The notes under the pieces were generated by a model. It was not told the origin of the DNA, searched no databases, and saw only the letters and a program-made list of their open reading frames with translations. Below, in pieces: positions 25,734 to 40,355 of a DNA stretch of 64,000 nt. A program made the translations under genes and the position numbers. Origin of the DNA: Paraglomus brasilianum (lineage: Eukaryota); assembly GCA_910592345.1 (NCBI GenBank), contig CAJVPI010000034.1, forward strand, positions 1 through 64,000, in the 5' to 3' direction. Position 1 is the first letter of the stretch; every line of letters starts with the position of its first letter.

Positions 25734-28700
25734 ATGAAGCCTGGTAAAAACATTATCTACATACGTGGTGGCATTATCTACCATGGAAATGAAGCTATCC
25801 AAGCAAAAAAGGAAGTGGAAGCCAAAAAGCTGGCAGATGAAATAAAATCTTCGCTCGAAAATATCGCAACTGGCATCAGCGATCAAATTGATGAGGAGGA
25901 TTCTAGCGATGATGTATGTGTGTCCTAAATGGATGTGTAGATTGATAGCTTTCATGTTGCAACCAATTAATTATTAAAAACTATTCATCTTTTATTATCC
26001 AGGTCGATGACACCTTGGGCTCGGATGAAGAAGAGAGCTTCAAGTGTAGTGTATCCAAAGAAGAAAATGACATCCGGAAAGTTAATCTTAAGGGAGATAC
26101 TAGGAGAAAAGCTTGTGCCACTGTGATCGGAAAACGCAATGAAATCGAAAACTTCACCATTGCAAGGGATAATGATACTTTTGGATGCATAAACATGACT
26201 GGTGTACACAATGAAATCGGAAATTTTACAAAAATGAGGGATACAAGGACATCCCTGTCTGCAGAGCTTATCGGTAGACATAACGAAGTTGGAAATTGTG
26301 TAAAAGGGAGGGATACACAGGCGAGTTTATCTGCAAGAATGGTCGGGATACATGATGAAATCGAGAATCATAAAAGAATGAGGGACACCAAGTCAGCTGT
26401 ATGTGCTGATGTGACCTTGATACACAATGAAATAGGAAACGTCGTAAAAGCGAGGGATACTGAGTCACTTTTATGTGCAGAAATAGCCGGGGTGCATAAC
26501 GAAATCGATAATGATAAAAAGACGAGAGATACCAAGACGCGTGGATGCTTCAAATTGACCGCGATACATAATGATATAGGGAATTATAGAAAATCAAGGG
26601 ATACAAAGGTTTCTGACAGTGTCGAAGCGACTTTGGTGGATAATAAATTTGGTAACTATACAGAATCAAGAAATAATGAATCAACTCGATGTGCGAGTGC
26701 GACTTTCATGCGCAATAAATTTGGTAATATTGATATATCAAAGAGCAACAAGTCAGATAAATGCATAAATAGGACTGCAATAGAGAACAGCGCATTTAAT
26801 TTGGAAATCACTGAAGGTAGATCTGGCACTTCGGCTAATATGACTGGGACAGGTGTGAGTGCTTGCAACATACGTGTGAGCAAACCATCATGGGGTGTTG
26901 ACTTTGGTGTCAGTGGACAATTCTCTTTTCTTAATTTGGATATTGGAACTCGCTTACAACTTGGTATTGGACCTGGCCTGGGCTTGGGGCTACCATTTGG
27001 TTCTGGCGGTGGAGGTGGTGGAGGAGGTGGTGGTTCTGGAGGAGGCAGTGATGGTGATAATAATAAGGGTGATGGTGATAAGGGTAATGGAGGTAAGGGT
27101 GATGGAGGTAAGGGTGATGATAATGATGGTAAGGGTGATGGTGGTAAGGGTGGTGATAATGATGGTAAGGGTGATGGAGGTAAGGGTGATGATAATGATG
27201 GTAAGGGTGATGGTGGTAATAGTAAGGGTGATGATGAATGCAAAGGTAGTGAAGAAAATAGTAAAGGCAAAGGCAGTGAAGAAAATAGTGAATGCAATAG
27301 TAATAGTGGTAAAGAAAGTGGTGAAGGCAAAAGTGGTAAAGGAAATGGTGAATGCAGAGACAGTGAAGAAAATGGTGAAGGCAAAGGCAGTGAAGGAAAT
27401 GGTGACGGAAAAGGTGGTACAGAAAATGGTGAATGCAAAGGTGGTGAAGAAAATGGTGAAGGCAATGGTGGTGAAGAAAATGGTGAAGGGGAAGGGGAAG
27501 GTAGTGAAGATAATTTTCAAGATGGTTCTGGACAAAATGGTCTTGGACATTGCTCTCAAGATGATGGTTTTGGAGACAATTGTAGCACTCAAAATAATGA
27601 TGACCTTGGAAATGAGAATGATTTTGCAGATGGTGAGAGTTATTATTATTATTATGGTTTACTTGACCATGAAGATAACTTGGAAAACAATAGTTTTGAA
27701 AGAATTGAAAATAATGTTGGTGATGAGGCCAGTAATGTGGGCCATTCTAATTCAAATGTTCCTGGAAATTGTGAAAGCAATTTTCTTAATGAAGATTATT
27801 TTGGCACACAAGTACAAGAGGAAAACTGTCTAAATAATAGCAATAAACACATATTAATATTGGATACTGATGATGATATACTTGCTAGTAATGAGAGTTG
27901 CTTGTCACATGTTGATATTAATAATCAAGATACTGTGAGCAGTTGCAAGAGAAGTAGCTTGGATGCCAATCCAAATGAAAATCATTCTCATGATGATGAA
28001 CAGAGCAATGTAGTACTTGAGAACCATAGTAATACTGAGCATCATTTTCCCTTTATTGGTAATGTTTCTGGTTTTAGTCAAAGTTCAAAGACAAAGACAT
28101 GGAAAAATCAAAAACTTGCTGGACTGGATACTGACTCATGTAAAAATGCTAGCCCACAATCAAATGGTATTGCAAAAAGGAAGACTGACAAAGCTGGCAC
28201 CAGTAAAATTGGTATTAATGAAAACAATAATAATTATAATAGCAATACATCTGGTAGTGAAAACAAAAATGCACAAATGTCAACTGAACTTGAACAAGCC
28301 TTAGCAGATGTAATTCATAAGAATCCACATTTGTATGCAGCACTCCATACTTCATTATCACAAAGCTCTACATCTGATAACTCCAGCCCATCTTCTAAGA
28401 AAGCAGAGTCAGATTCCATGCCTTCAAGATCTTCTACAGTGGATGATGATATTTCTAAGCTTATTAAAGCACATATTAATCAAACTGAAGAGTCTATTAA
28501 ACAAAACAAGATGGTCCAAGAAGAGGGTAACAAACACACTGGTACAGCAATTTCTGATAGTTTCAAGTCCCCTACTAGCAACAATCCAGAATTGCAAGAG
28601 AAACAAAAACAAGAAATTGATGAAGAAATTGACATAGAATCTCCTAAACCATGCAAAAATCATCCTGCTAGTGTTCGTTGCTTTCGTTGTTTGGTGGGTT

Positions 28701-28756
28701 CTAGAGGAAAAAAAGTAAAACGCGTTGGTGGAAATGTATTTGGTTTTGCCAATTAA
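25734..28756 (+). CDS. Orphan ~980-aa protein: eleven 24-aa repeats, Gly-rich linker, acidic/Asn-rich region, C-terminal CxxH-x5-CxxC
   Basis: Exon 25734-25913 splices in frame (gtatgt...ccag) to a 2.75 kb exon 26003-28756. Repeats such as HNEIGNFTKMRDTRTSLSAELIGR / HNEVGNCVKGRDTQASLSARMVGI. The true start may lie further upstream (in-frame acceptor at 25715). Confidence 0.8.
27001..27510 (+). repeat. Coding minisatellite/low-complexity Gly-rich repeats
   Basis: ggtaagggtgatgataatgat-type units (GGKGDDNDGKGD) followed by GEENGEGKG-type units. Confidence 0.9.
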
Positions 28757-28964
28757 TTATTTTTTTTCATACTTCTTTTTTTGCAAACAAAAACATTCAC
28801 ATGAAATAGTTAATCATGTTTTAATATATAAAATAAACTGAATTTATAAGTGTTTCCTCAGTTGTGCCAGCCAGTACCAGTGAACAATTAGCTGACCTTG
28901 AGATTGGGCTTGTTGCTTAGCCTTAATTTGTTAATTGATGTCTGTTACATGGGGATTGTAGTTA

Positions 28965-29702
28965 ATTAGGCAAGCCGACAGATAAGCAAATCACATGGTA
29001 AAATAACTCCGTGATCGACATTTAATTTTAGAATGGTAGTACAGCTATTTCGCATTATTATTATGGGCAATGGTACAAACGCCATTAGTTAGCTTAGAAT
29101 TCATTGGTTTAAAGATTTAACCTTCGTTTCGCATTTCGGGCAACGCTAAAGGTATATAGGCGGCCCTTACCCCATCGTCAAATTCTCATGTTGTTCATGT
29201 TAGTATTGCTATAATAACAGCGGAATTAATAATCAAATAAACGATTCCCTTTGAAATCGAAATTTTACTTTCTTTCATCGTTGAAATATTAATTATTTGA
29301 CCGGACACACTAATAAACGGCTCCTTTAAGCTGTAGGAACGAGCCAATAATTATTTATTGAAACGAATATTGTTTAATTAGTTTATCAAGAGACAAGTGA
29401 CAGAACACGACTAGTCGAAACACCAAACCCTGTTTAAATATTAAACAGATTTATTCCCCTTCGATTCTGCGGTAGAATAATTGTTGTTGTTATTCTATCG
29501 TAGGTATCCTTATTTGGATTACGAGGAGTTAGGAAGCGCGCAATTTAATTATACAAAATAGGTCACTTGTAGATTTAGAATTCAGTCTTAATTGAACAAC
29601 TACCGCAATAAGGGCAGTAGCGCAAAGCTAAATCTGGTAACATCCCCCGGTCGGAAGAACACCCTACGCGAAAGATTAATCGCTCCCAAACCGGCCGTAA
29701 CA
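28965..29702 (+). mobile_element. Solo LTR-like element, family A copy 3
   Basis: ggcaagccga..gataag..catggtaaa start matches copy 4; TATA (aggtatatag, ~29151), AATAAA (~29312), ends CCGTAACA. The 5' boundary is approximate. Confidence 0.75.
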
Positions 29703-30530
29703 ATAATCCCGAATCGGCCTATATCTGTCTTCCATTACTTAAGATCTGTTAGTAGCAAATGTTCAAAATTGCTAGCATCCGTCAATCTACATGATACTTA
29801 TAAGGATATCCACAATCAATTGTGAATCGGTGAAGGGATTATTGGTTTTCCTTCTCATGTTCCGACGATCTGAAAAAAATGTCTTAATAATATTATTTGA
29901 ATTCTTAATATAAATGCCCTCAAAATATGACATTCATGACAGCTATCACAGCGTTAGTGATTTAAGGATGTCAACAATGTTCAAAAAAACAAACTACTTT
30001 GCATCTGATTATTATTATATACCCGAAAACTTTTAGCAAATATTCAGTTAGTCTAAGTTAAGCCGTGGTTACAGGCAAATGATACAATTATGCGTTTAAA
30101 CCAGCTAAATGTGCGACTTTCTTATCAATTTACAAGTATAACATGCATTAAATAATCGCCGGGTTGTAAAGTTTAAATATTATAGACCGCCCGTGATGTA
30201 ATCACAACGTTGCGTTATAGAACGCTTCATTGGGCCAATGATAGCCCACCTCTTTAATATCAACCTCTCTCTATTAGCAACATTAGTTATAGAACGGATT
30301 TATATATAAATCCCCTCTCGTATATCAACTTTTATGTATCTCGCTGATGGCAACACCAATGTAAATCAGTATATTGAATTTAAATTTGCATAACACAGTC
30401 GCACCTTTATAAACAAAATACTAAAGATGGAAACAAAGAGGAAGAATTAATATTAATGGCTTTTTATATAATCTTTATTGCAACAAAAGTTTGGGTAAAA
30501 AAATCAGAACAGCCACAGAAGAGTCAACAA

Positions 30531-31150
30531 TCGCGGGGAAGCAATCTCTTGGGATTTAACTATCTTCTGTGGCTTCTCCTACTTTAGTTAGAATACGACG
30601 ACAGTTAGTGATCTGTAAACTATGCTCACGACACTGTGTCGATCGATAGACCATAATCCTAGACGATTATTCGCCCTCGAGTTAATCGACTAGTCCCTTC
30701 CGGGATTAATTCGGAAGCCTATAGTAATAGTAATAGGGGTTATTGTATTTAAGCGAATAAGCGCGGTACAAGAGGCGGATATTCATAATCGATATAGTAA
30801 TAGGGTTCACAACTATACCGATAATTACCAGAGAACGAATAATATATTTCAGAGTATAAAGACCTACTCGTTTATTAGAAAGGAATATTATTGATCTTTA
30901 TAACTGAAGAAGGTACGGGATGGTGGTGACAAAAGTATGGTCGTGATTTACAAATTCTTTATATGAAATAAAAAACCTAACCTTTGGACCACTTACTTTA
31001 TCAGTTGTCTCGGTAGACTAATCTCCAATTTTGTTATAGCTCTATTCTGCGAGACTATAAAGTGGATTTTAATCGTACGAATCCATTAATATTATTGTAT
31101 TCCCCAGTTCGTTATAAGTCTCTTTGGCTTCATCTTAACGCGCTGTGACA
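30531..31150. repeat. Dispersed LTR-like repeat, family B
   Basis: Shares gggattta, ggcttctcc.actt, acagttagtga, ctcgag and ggatta blocks in the same order with 40356-40705 and 48355-48770; ends GTGACA. Boundaries approximate. Confidence 0.45.
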
Positions 31151-32443
31151 TTATAAATAACCTAGTTCATCCAAATATACAAACCCAGTACGTCCACAGA
31201 AACGTAAGAGACATTATAGTTCCATTTCATTGTTAACTTTATCTATGAATGGTTGGCTCATTCACACAAAATCTGATTAGGTTCTCATAGCCTTTTGATG
31301 TTTTGTACAATTTACATGATACAGTATTTGTAGAGTTCAACTTAAGGTTCAACTCCTCGTCAATAGACGTTTTTAGTTTCAATGGACAGCATTCTACATT
31401 GGAATAGAGACTTGTCACTTTACGTCGACATGTATGATTTCAATCCAATCCACGCAATGCTTTATATTCGTCCTCAGTCAAACAGTTTCCAAGTGCTATT
31501 TGTGTGTTCTCATGCTTCGGCTTGACAATGGCAATATATCCTTCTGTGTATGGCTAGAACAAAATCATGGTAATATATTATACCACTCGCGATAAAACCG
31601 TCACTCAACAATCTATCAAGTTACCTTTCGAAATAATAATTCCTCATCTTCCAAAAGACGTTTATTGAACTCAACTATCCATCCTGCCAGACATGCTCTC
31701 ACTTTGTACTCGGTAGACTTGGCACAGTTTGTGATGGAGTCAAATTCTTCATTGATACTGATCACACAGATGACTGTTTCCTTGTGCAATGGTCGTTTCT
31801 TGTTCGTCACATTTACTATTTTATCTGGAAATGAGATGTTAACTTTGTGTGGTGAATGGATCAATGAATGATGATTCCGAAGAAGCGGGTGGGTTGACGC
31901 GAGTCCTAAGACGCAAAGTCTTCAAGAAACGAAAAGACGGATTGTTTATTTAGATAATGTTACAAGCTTAAAAAGTAATTCTTGAGAGAAAGACGTAAAA
32001 TTCGTGTATAACTTATTCGGAGACTGATAGATATAGTAGTCTTCTGTGCTATCATTATCTGGTCAAGATGATCATGTCATTTGAAGAGGATAAGTTCATC
32101 GGTAGGCAGAAGACGAATAGTTATTAATGCTATACTAAGAAGATGGAATACCAGTTGAAACATGATAATATTTGGTATAGTATTGTTTAAGGTATGTCAA
32201 TGGATCTCTGTTATATTTTTCAATTAGGTCGGTGTATTTGCTAGTCTCATAACTGACTTGGTCTTCTTCAATCATTGTATATATTGATATGAATGTAGAG
32301 TAGTTTGTGACGATTTGTAACTGCGTCAGCCACAACAATGCGATTGGTTGGCCACATACTTACTTGTCAACTACAAGTGGAATACACCATGAACTCTCTC
32401 TTTCTCCCCATTTCTGTGCACCAAGTGAATAATACAATAACAA

Positions 32444-33236
<793 letters not shown>

Positions 33237-35065
33237 TGACTAGCTGATTGAATTTAATACTTGGATAATAGACGGTTTGGTAAAAGTTGTCGTCAATAAA
33301 TCTTTACGTGTGAACAAATAGCTGCACCACGCTATAATAGTTAAATATTGAAGGTTCCGCGACTTCGTCTTTAAATGTTGTGATATTGGATCATGCTGAA
33401 AGTCAAGAAATATGTTCCGTTGGGACTTTAATATATTTTATTGTCTACCGTTTTGTTGAAGACACCCTTAACTCATTTGATGCACGTGTGTTGAGATGTA
33501 GATGTAATTACTGAATAGACAAAGCTTGCGGTCTTTCGGCGCTTCTGTTCAGAAGCAGTATTAAATCAACATTGGCTTTGTTCTACTAACAATAGGACAT
33601 TTCCTAGTCTCTTGTCGGCGAGGAATTCAGACGTGTTAATATCAATACTGAGAGCTTCCTTTTATCTGACATAGTTTATGTAACAGTTGTTACATAATGC
33701 GTTGAGTTCTAAAGGGAATTTTTGCTTAATTTTTCAATATCGTTACGCGCCTGTTGTTCCATACCAATTCGTGTTCCACACTCGAGAGAGGTAATGCTGA
33801 TTGCTGACCTTTATGTTCAGCCTTTCCGAGAAGCCTTCTGTTCGACCGTTGTGGTCAAAAAGTGGGCGCCTCTAATAGCAAGAATCGGTGTCCCCTATTT
33901 ATTTTGACACTTCCTAAATGCATACATTTCCTAACTGCTTGAATGCTATAGTAGTCGAGATTTTGATGCATACACGTAATTAAATTATAAAGATAAGACA
34001 CGGCGTTCTTTTGTCCGCTATGTGAATTCCCGTATAAAGAGAAAACCCACTTTCGTTCATACTCGTATGATGAATGGCGATGGTTTGATTATTCAATATA
34101 TATTAAACTAATTAAAACACGTGGAGATGTGGATTTTTAAAGTTCATATTCGAATAAGCGATACGCCGTTTTGGAAAAATACCGCAGTACACGTGCTCTA
34201 TTTACTATGACGTTTACATACCTATTGTAGTATATGACCAGATTAGGAATCTTTTATTATCATTGTGCAAAATGCAAAGTGATAACGGATCTGCAACAAC
34301 TCGCGTTTTTCTAATAAAGCATACAACAAACGAAGATTTTACATTACCAATTTACCTTACTTTTAACCACAACATAATAAAAAAAGTGCTTGACAATTCG
34401 CATCACAAAGAGTGCTTATGTTTACAGGCAAATTTCTTTTTGAATTATAAATGTCGGCTTCCTTACTAAATGGCATACTTGACCTCCATATTACAGGTTT
34501 TAAGGATGTGTCGAGAATGATATTCGCACGGACAATGGTTTACAGTCGAAATAATTAATTGCCTTTTGCATGCAATCACGAACAAAGCTATAATAAAGTT
34601 ACAAAAAAAAAATCGAATTTTACGAATCTGCTGGAAAGCAAGACTGGACCTGTGTTGTACATCGTTTATACACGTCCCAAATAAATTTAATGTTGAGACA
34701 AAATAGGAAAGATAAAGAATAAATATGACGTAGACAATCTGTGGCATCCAGCGTTTCTGTGGCTTTGTTATTAGTTCTAATACTCAACGTTCTGGGAATA
34801 AGCGGTGTATGAAATGTCGGAATGGTTGAAGAGATTTTCATTATCCATTATTCCAATGATATTAGGTTAGGTGTTCCCAAATTAAAATCACGCGATTAAT
34901 ACAATGCTCTATAATCGTAATCTAATTGTTACTCTACCATCAATCAATGTACCACCATAGAGAATACTCGAACAGACGAAAAATAAAACCATTCTTTCCC
35001 GCAGAGCATACGCAAATTTAACTTTTTTATATGTGTAATTTATTATAAACTGAAATATTTTCAGT

Positions 35066-37525
35066 ATGAGTGCACAGAAAGACTCCCCACCGACCGAACA
35101 GACTAGCTCTCTACCCAAGCAAGCCGAAACCCCTTCGGCTGCCGTTTCATCCGAAAATGAGCAGAAGGAAGCGGAAAAAAAAGATGTCAAATCAACTGCT
35201 CCTCAGGAATGTTCCACACCAAACAACACTAGCGCGTCTCCACTACCACTGTCACCTATACCCACGTATTATTATCATAATGGGACCCCGAGTTATATAG
35301 AAGCGACTGCTGCAGAAGCCTATCAGGCAACAATGAGCGCTGGTTACGACCCCAACGATCCTAATGCTTTCGCTGCTTATGGTCAATACGGGATGCATCC
35401 TCAATATTCACAGTATTATCCGGCCGAATATAGTGCTGCTTATCCGGGAACGCCGCCTATGCAGGCCCAAGCCTCTCCCTCTCTACCACCACAGTCCCTG
35501 AGTCCATACTTCGGTGCTACTAGCCCTACTATAGCATATTATCCCACTTCTCCACAAGTTGGTCCAACTGGCATTATTCATTCTCCTCCAATGCATCCTT
35601 ACGTCTACACCCCTCAATCTCCATATACAATGCATCCTATTCACACACTTTCACCGACGCTATCACATACATCCTCTTCAGCTCCAAACTCCCCGCCACC
35701 ACAATATCTACCCGGTCCTGGAGTTCCTTCTCCGAAAGTAGGACCGCTCAATAATCACCGTATTCATCTTGCACGTTCTCCACAGCATTACAGCTATGGT
35801 CGGAGAGATTCGGGATCAAATCAACCTTCAAATATGCCCAATTATCATAACCCAACCAAGACAACTAATATTTATATTCGTGGGCTTCCTCCTACGACTA
35901 CTGACGATTCTTTGCATAGCATGTGTTCTATGTGAGTATTAACAGATTATTACGTTTAGCATCGTGCTCGACTTGTTCTATGAAGGAGACACTGCGGTAC
36001 GAAGAAAGCATAGAATACAACAGACCGTTAATAGCTACCATTGTATCTCGTTATCTCTTTAGTAGAGTGTTGTTGGTTTTTTTTTTTTTTTTGAAAACTT
36101 TTATATTCACCTTGATCCATTAACCAATCAAACATCTATTTAGATATGGTTCCATCACCTCTTCAAAAGCTATCATTGACCAGAAACAAGGTGATTGTAA
36201 AGGATATGGTTTTGTAATGTACGAGACAGAAGATCAGGCGAAGCATGCAATTGAGCAATTGACGCGTGTAGGATTGCAAGTCTCCTTCGCCAAGGTTGGT
36301 TATGTGAGTGTAATTTATACGTTATTTCTATCTGCTGTTTAACTGTACAAGTTTCTCGTTGCTCTATACTAACAACATTGACTATACGACTAAAAGGAAT
36401 CATTCAGTACAAAATTAAAGAACCTACAAGACTTGGCGTCAACCAACATCTACTTGTCGAATTTACCATTAGATATGAACGAGCAGGTATTATTAGTTGG
36501 AAGAATTTCATCCCATTTGAGAGCACTATGTTCTTACATTCAATTTTTTATTACACGACTATTTGCGTAGCAATTAGAAGAGTTATTTAAGCCATATAAA
36601 GTATTATCTAATCGTATTCTAAGAGATACAAATGGTACAAGTCGTGGAGTAGGATTTGCGAGGTATTTGTTGGCACTTATATGATACACAAAGTGGAACA
36701 ATACGCAGATGGTCATTATTTATTTTGAACATTCTAGAATGGAGGATCGCGACTCAGCGCAAGCTATTATTCAACAATTCAATGGATATCAACTTCCCGG
36801 AGCAAACTTACCTCTACAAGTGAGGTTTGCCGACTCTTTGGCACAAAAGAAATTGAAAGGAACCGCTAGAAAGCGGATGTGGAGAACCCGCGAATTTGCT
36901 TCTATCGGTGGGGTAAGTCTATCTAATGACATTCGATCGGTCATGCGTGTAATTGCATTGGTTCTAACTGGTCGCTATCATCGACAGGTACCAGTGACGC
37001 CAGAGCATATGTTGGGGATGGCCGCCTCCGCATCGCCTCCGGGACCAACTGCTTATATTCCATACTATCCAGAAGGAGTACAACCTGCAGCGTAATGTTT
37101 TTCTCTCATTGTTAATAGTATTTGATGGTTAGTTGCTCGAAAGGCTCTGACATGCTGCGATACTCTTGGCTCTCGTATTTCATAGTCCATATCCGCAAGG
37201 TTCGCTTTCACCGACATTTGGGCCACAGTATCGCTATTATCCCATGTATCCGGCACCTGCTGCACCTATTCATCATGGTCCAGATGGACAACCTGTTGTT
37301 GCTACTGCTCCTATTCATCAGGTATCAAGTCAACCAGGGACACAGGCGGAGCAAGCAAATACAGTCTCCTCATCTGAAAAGACGAGCAAAGAGTCTACAA
37401 CTGGAACAAGTGGAACTTCTAAGACGGAATCATCCGAGGATCTAAGTGATTTAGTCCAAAAAAAACTTAATGTCGACGGAGTAAATGCTAGTAATAATAG
37501 CGAAAGCAGTAATGATAAAAACTAA
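35066..37525 (+). CDS. Two-RRM RNA-binding protein, RBMS/MSSP (shep/SUP-26)-like, with Pro/Tyr/Ser-rich low-complexity arms
   Basis: Seven exons. [91 protein letters not shown]. Confidence 0.9.
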
Positions 37526-38343
37526 TGTCATGTCCCTTTACTATCTATTGGTGTTGATTCATATCAGCTTCCTAATAAAGAAAGTCTGTCGTGTATTAAT
37601 ATTTCCATTCAACTTGTATATCAGCAAGTCAGCATAATTATTATCGTTAAAGATTCGAATAAAAGAGGTTCTTTTGTACAAAGACTATTGGAGCGGGTAA
37701 AGAATCGTTGACATATAACTTTGACGTCACTAGTAATTATCCCAGGAGGGCCTTCTCTTCCATACAACCCGTACAGAAACTGTTAGTGGCAAACGAGATT
37801 CAATCATTATAGATGAACTACAGATAGTAGTCATAATGGTACAACAAAATTAGTGCACACTTGTAATTCAAATCTTACATCAGATTCTGCGGCCTATATG
37901 AAGTGATGTTTAAAACAACACAGCGATGACGTATGTATTCTTCTGCGTAGTTCCGGTGGTGCCACAAGAAATTTGATGCCTGTGCTACTAATACTAAGTG
38001 GCAAAAACGCACTGCGTGGAGGGTAGCCCTTCCAACTAAACAGGTCTATGTGATATGTGCATGGGGCACACAAAAAATACTGTCCACATGTTTGAGGAAT
38101 GCATCACTGGTCCATGTGACAGTTGCATACCAGACCATCCGGTTGCCCATATTGCTGTAAGGGAATCTGAAGACACAATCACTGTGCAAATGATATGCCA
38201 AACGTTTTGAAACACTACTGCCCAAGCAAATATCCTATTGCCTGATCTCTTCCCGTTGTGGACCTCCCGCTGGATCTACAACTTGATGGGGGTAAGATAG
38301 GTAAATTAGAATTAGGCAGTTAAGGTGTCATTCCAATAATGTA

Positions 38344-38586
38344 CAGTCAAACCTCGGTTTTGCAAGGTTATCGGTTTTCCGAGGTATTGGCTAATGCGAA
38401 ATCTTTCATTGGTTGACCAATGAAATTGCAAGAATCAGGTCACGTCATTTGTACTACATTATATCGGTTTGCGATGTCTATATTATATTAATATGTAATA
38501 TCGGTTTTTTACGAGGGGTTTATCATATATAATTGCACGGGAATTGAAAAAGTTTTAAGTGGTATCGGTTTTCCGAGGGTTGACTG
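38344..38586. mobile_element. pogo-type MITE
   Basis: TA-CAGTCAAACCTCGG ... CCGAGGGTTGACTG-TA; internal tatcggtttt repeats. Confidence 0.8.
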
Positions 38587-38699
38587 TAATTTGTTTTAAT
38601 GGGTTACGCGTCAGATCGATAAGTCACATGATACAACCATCTGTTCTTAATTTAGTAACACCGCAGAGTATTCTCATCTTGACGTTGTCTGACCAAAAT

Positions 38700-40350
38700 A
38701 AACACGCACGCTAAAATAGAAGGACCGTCTGGTTTCCGCAATTTATTGATCTGAAGCGCCAAAGCCCGAGATTTTTTACAAGAAGTCATAGAAAAGGCCA
38801 CGCGCTTACTTTCTTGAAGCATCTTAAGACCTATACGCGTAGCTTCCGATCCTTTATTTGGGCCATAAAAAATTTTTACAAATTAATCTTTACGTGGCTG
38901 GTATTTGTTATCGAAAATCCGTATATTAATATCTTATCCCGATATTGCTTTAAAAATGTTAAAGTCGATTCATTTGCAAAAGCATCCATAGCTACAACAT
39001 GGGTAACAGACTTTAACAAATCTCGCATAGCATTTTCCGATTCTCGAGCATGAATTCCACTGGACATTTGGTGCAGAATAGAATTGGTTTCATCTAGAAT
39101 AACTACATGAGAACGACTTCCATATAGAAAAAGATGATGCGTGTACTTTCAACCTGGACAATGATAACGTCCCAGTCGCGTATAGCTAAGTCACATTGGT
39201 TTTCCTGATAATGGCACACGCGAAGTTTTGAATTTTGTAATGTTTCAACTTTAACTTTAGTCTCGTTCTAAGAGTTTGCAGTACGAAATCCAAATAAAAC
39301 AAGGTAAACTTGCTCTGGTTTTTGCTAAGGAATCAAGGATTTTTCTTAAACCCCTTGTTCTTCCAGTAGCTACAGGTGAGCGGATAAGAGCTGTAGTAGA
39401 TTCCTTATTTAAAAATCCGAATAAACCTCCAAATATAAGTAATCCTCTATTTCATTAACATTAATAATTTTTGCCAATCTTTCACATAATTTCCATTTCT
39501 TAGTTTTTTCGCCTGGCTCAATTTGTCTGACACCTTATCGAATACTAATTCTTTGTGATCTGGTTTGTACTGTTTCTAGCAATAGCACTTAAGTACAAAA
39601 CACCCATTTCTTTGAAGAAACTCATATAGCTGATCTTTTTCATGTATAAGTTTACATATAGGACATCTGCAGACAATTGTGCTTGAAGATTAATAAATCT
39701 GTTTTTGATTATTCCAACATTAAGCCACTCGTATTTTTGAGTGACTGAAGTAGCCCCCTTAAGCAAAGCATTTTCATCTTCAATGGGTTGGAATTCTGCT
39801 TCTGTTGGAAAAACTTCGTGGCCAAATCACAGAACAATCTGATTTTGGTTGGACCAAATAATTTTCTAGCGCTTAAGAGAAGAAATTACAGGTCTCTTTA
39901 TACGTCCTTCTTTTGCAGATCCGAGAAGCCGAAGATTAAACCGTGATTTGGGAGGCCCAATATCAATAAATTTAGAGTAAGGTTCCCCAACTAATTTAAT
40001 AACTTCTTTCGTAAATCCCTTAAGTTCTCTGTATAATCTACAAATCAAGCATAAGGGAAAATAATATACCAACTACATTTATTAGCATCTGATGAACAAA
40101 ACAATCTTCTGATGCATAACTACCCAAATTAGTATGCATTACATTTATAGAAGCATCTAAAATTTGAGATATTAAATCCTGGCGAGTAATTCTTCATTAC
40201 CTAAAGATGGAAGCATAGGATTAGTGAGATCGAATTTTTGTCTCGAGTATTAAGTGAAATGGTTTGTTTCCATCAATAATTTCGTGTGTGTCTGGTATTC
40301 TATAAACTTCAGAGGAATGGATAATTAATGCTATTTAGATTGATCTTTTT
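38700..40350 (-). pseudogene. AEP (PrimPol-like) primase fused to a UL9/origin-binding-protein-like SF2 helicase, decayed
   Basis: Fragments HEIIDGNKPF, KCSWYIIF, FIDIGPPKSRFNLRLLGSAKEGRIKRP (primase); LIRSPVATGRT (Walker A), WISY, IIVQVES, VVILDE..ILHQMSSG, VVAMDAFANESTL (helicase); many frameshifts. Confidence 0.8.
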
Positions 40351-40355
40351 TGAGT

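Noticed and set aside
26656..27833. Long overlapping ORFs (269, 312 and 200 aa) in other frames and on the opposite strand
   Set aside because: Shadows of the Gly-rich coding minisatellite, which lacks stops in several frames.
31150..32340. Coding-like minus-strand remnants upstream of RBX1
   Set aside because: Multiple stops and no recognisable motif; cannot be assigned by eye.
33400..33920. Coding-like remnant downstream of RBX1
   Set aside because: Fragmented and unrecognisable.
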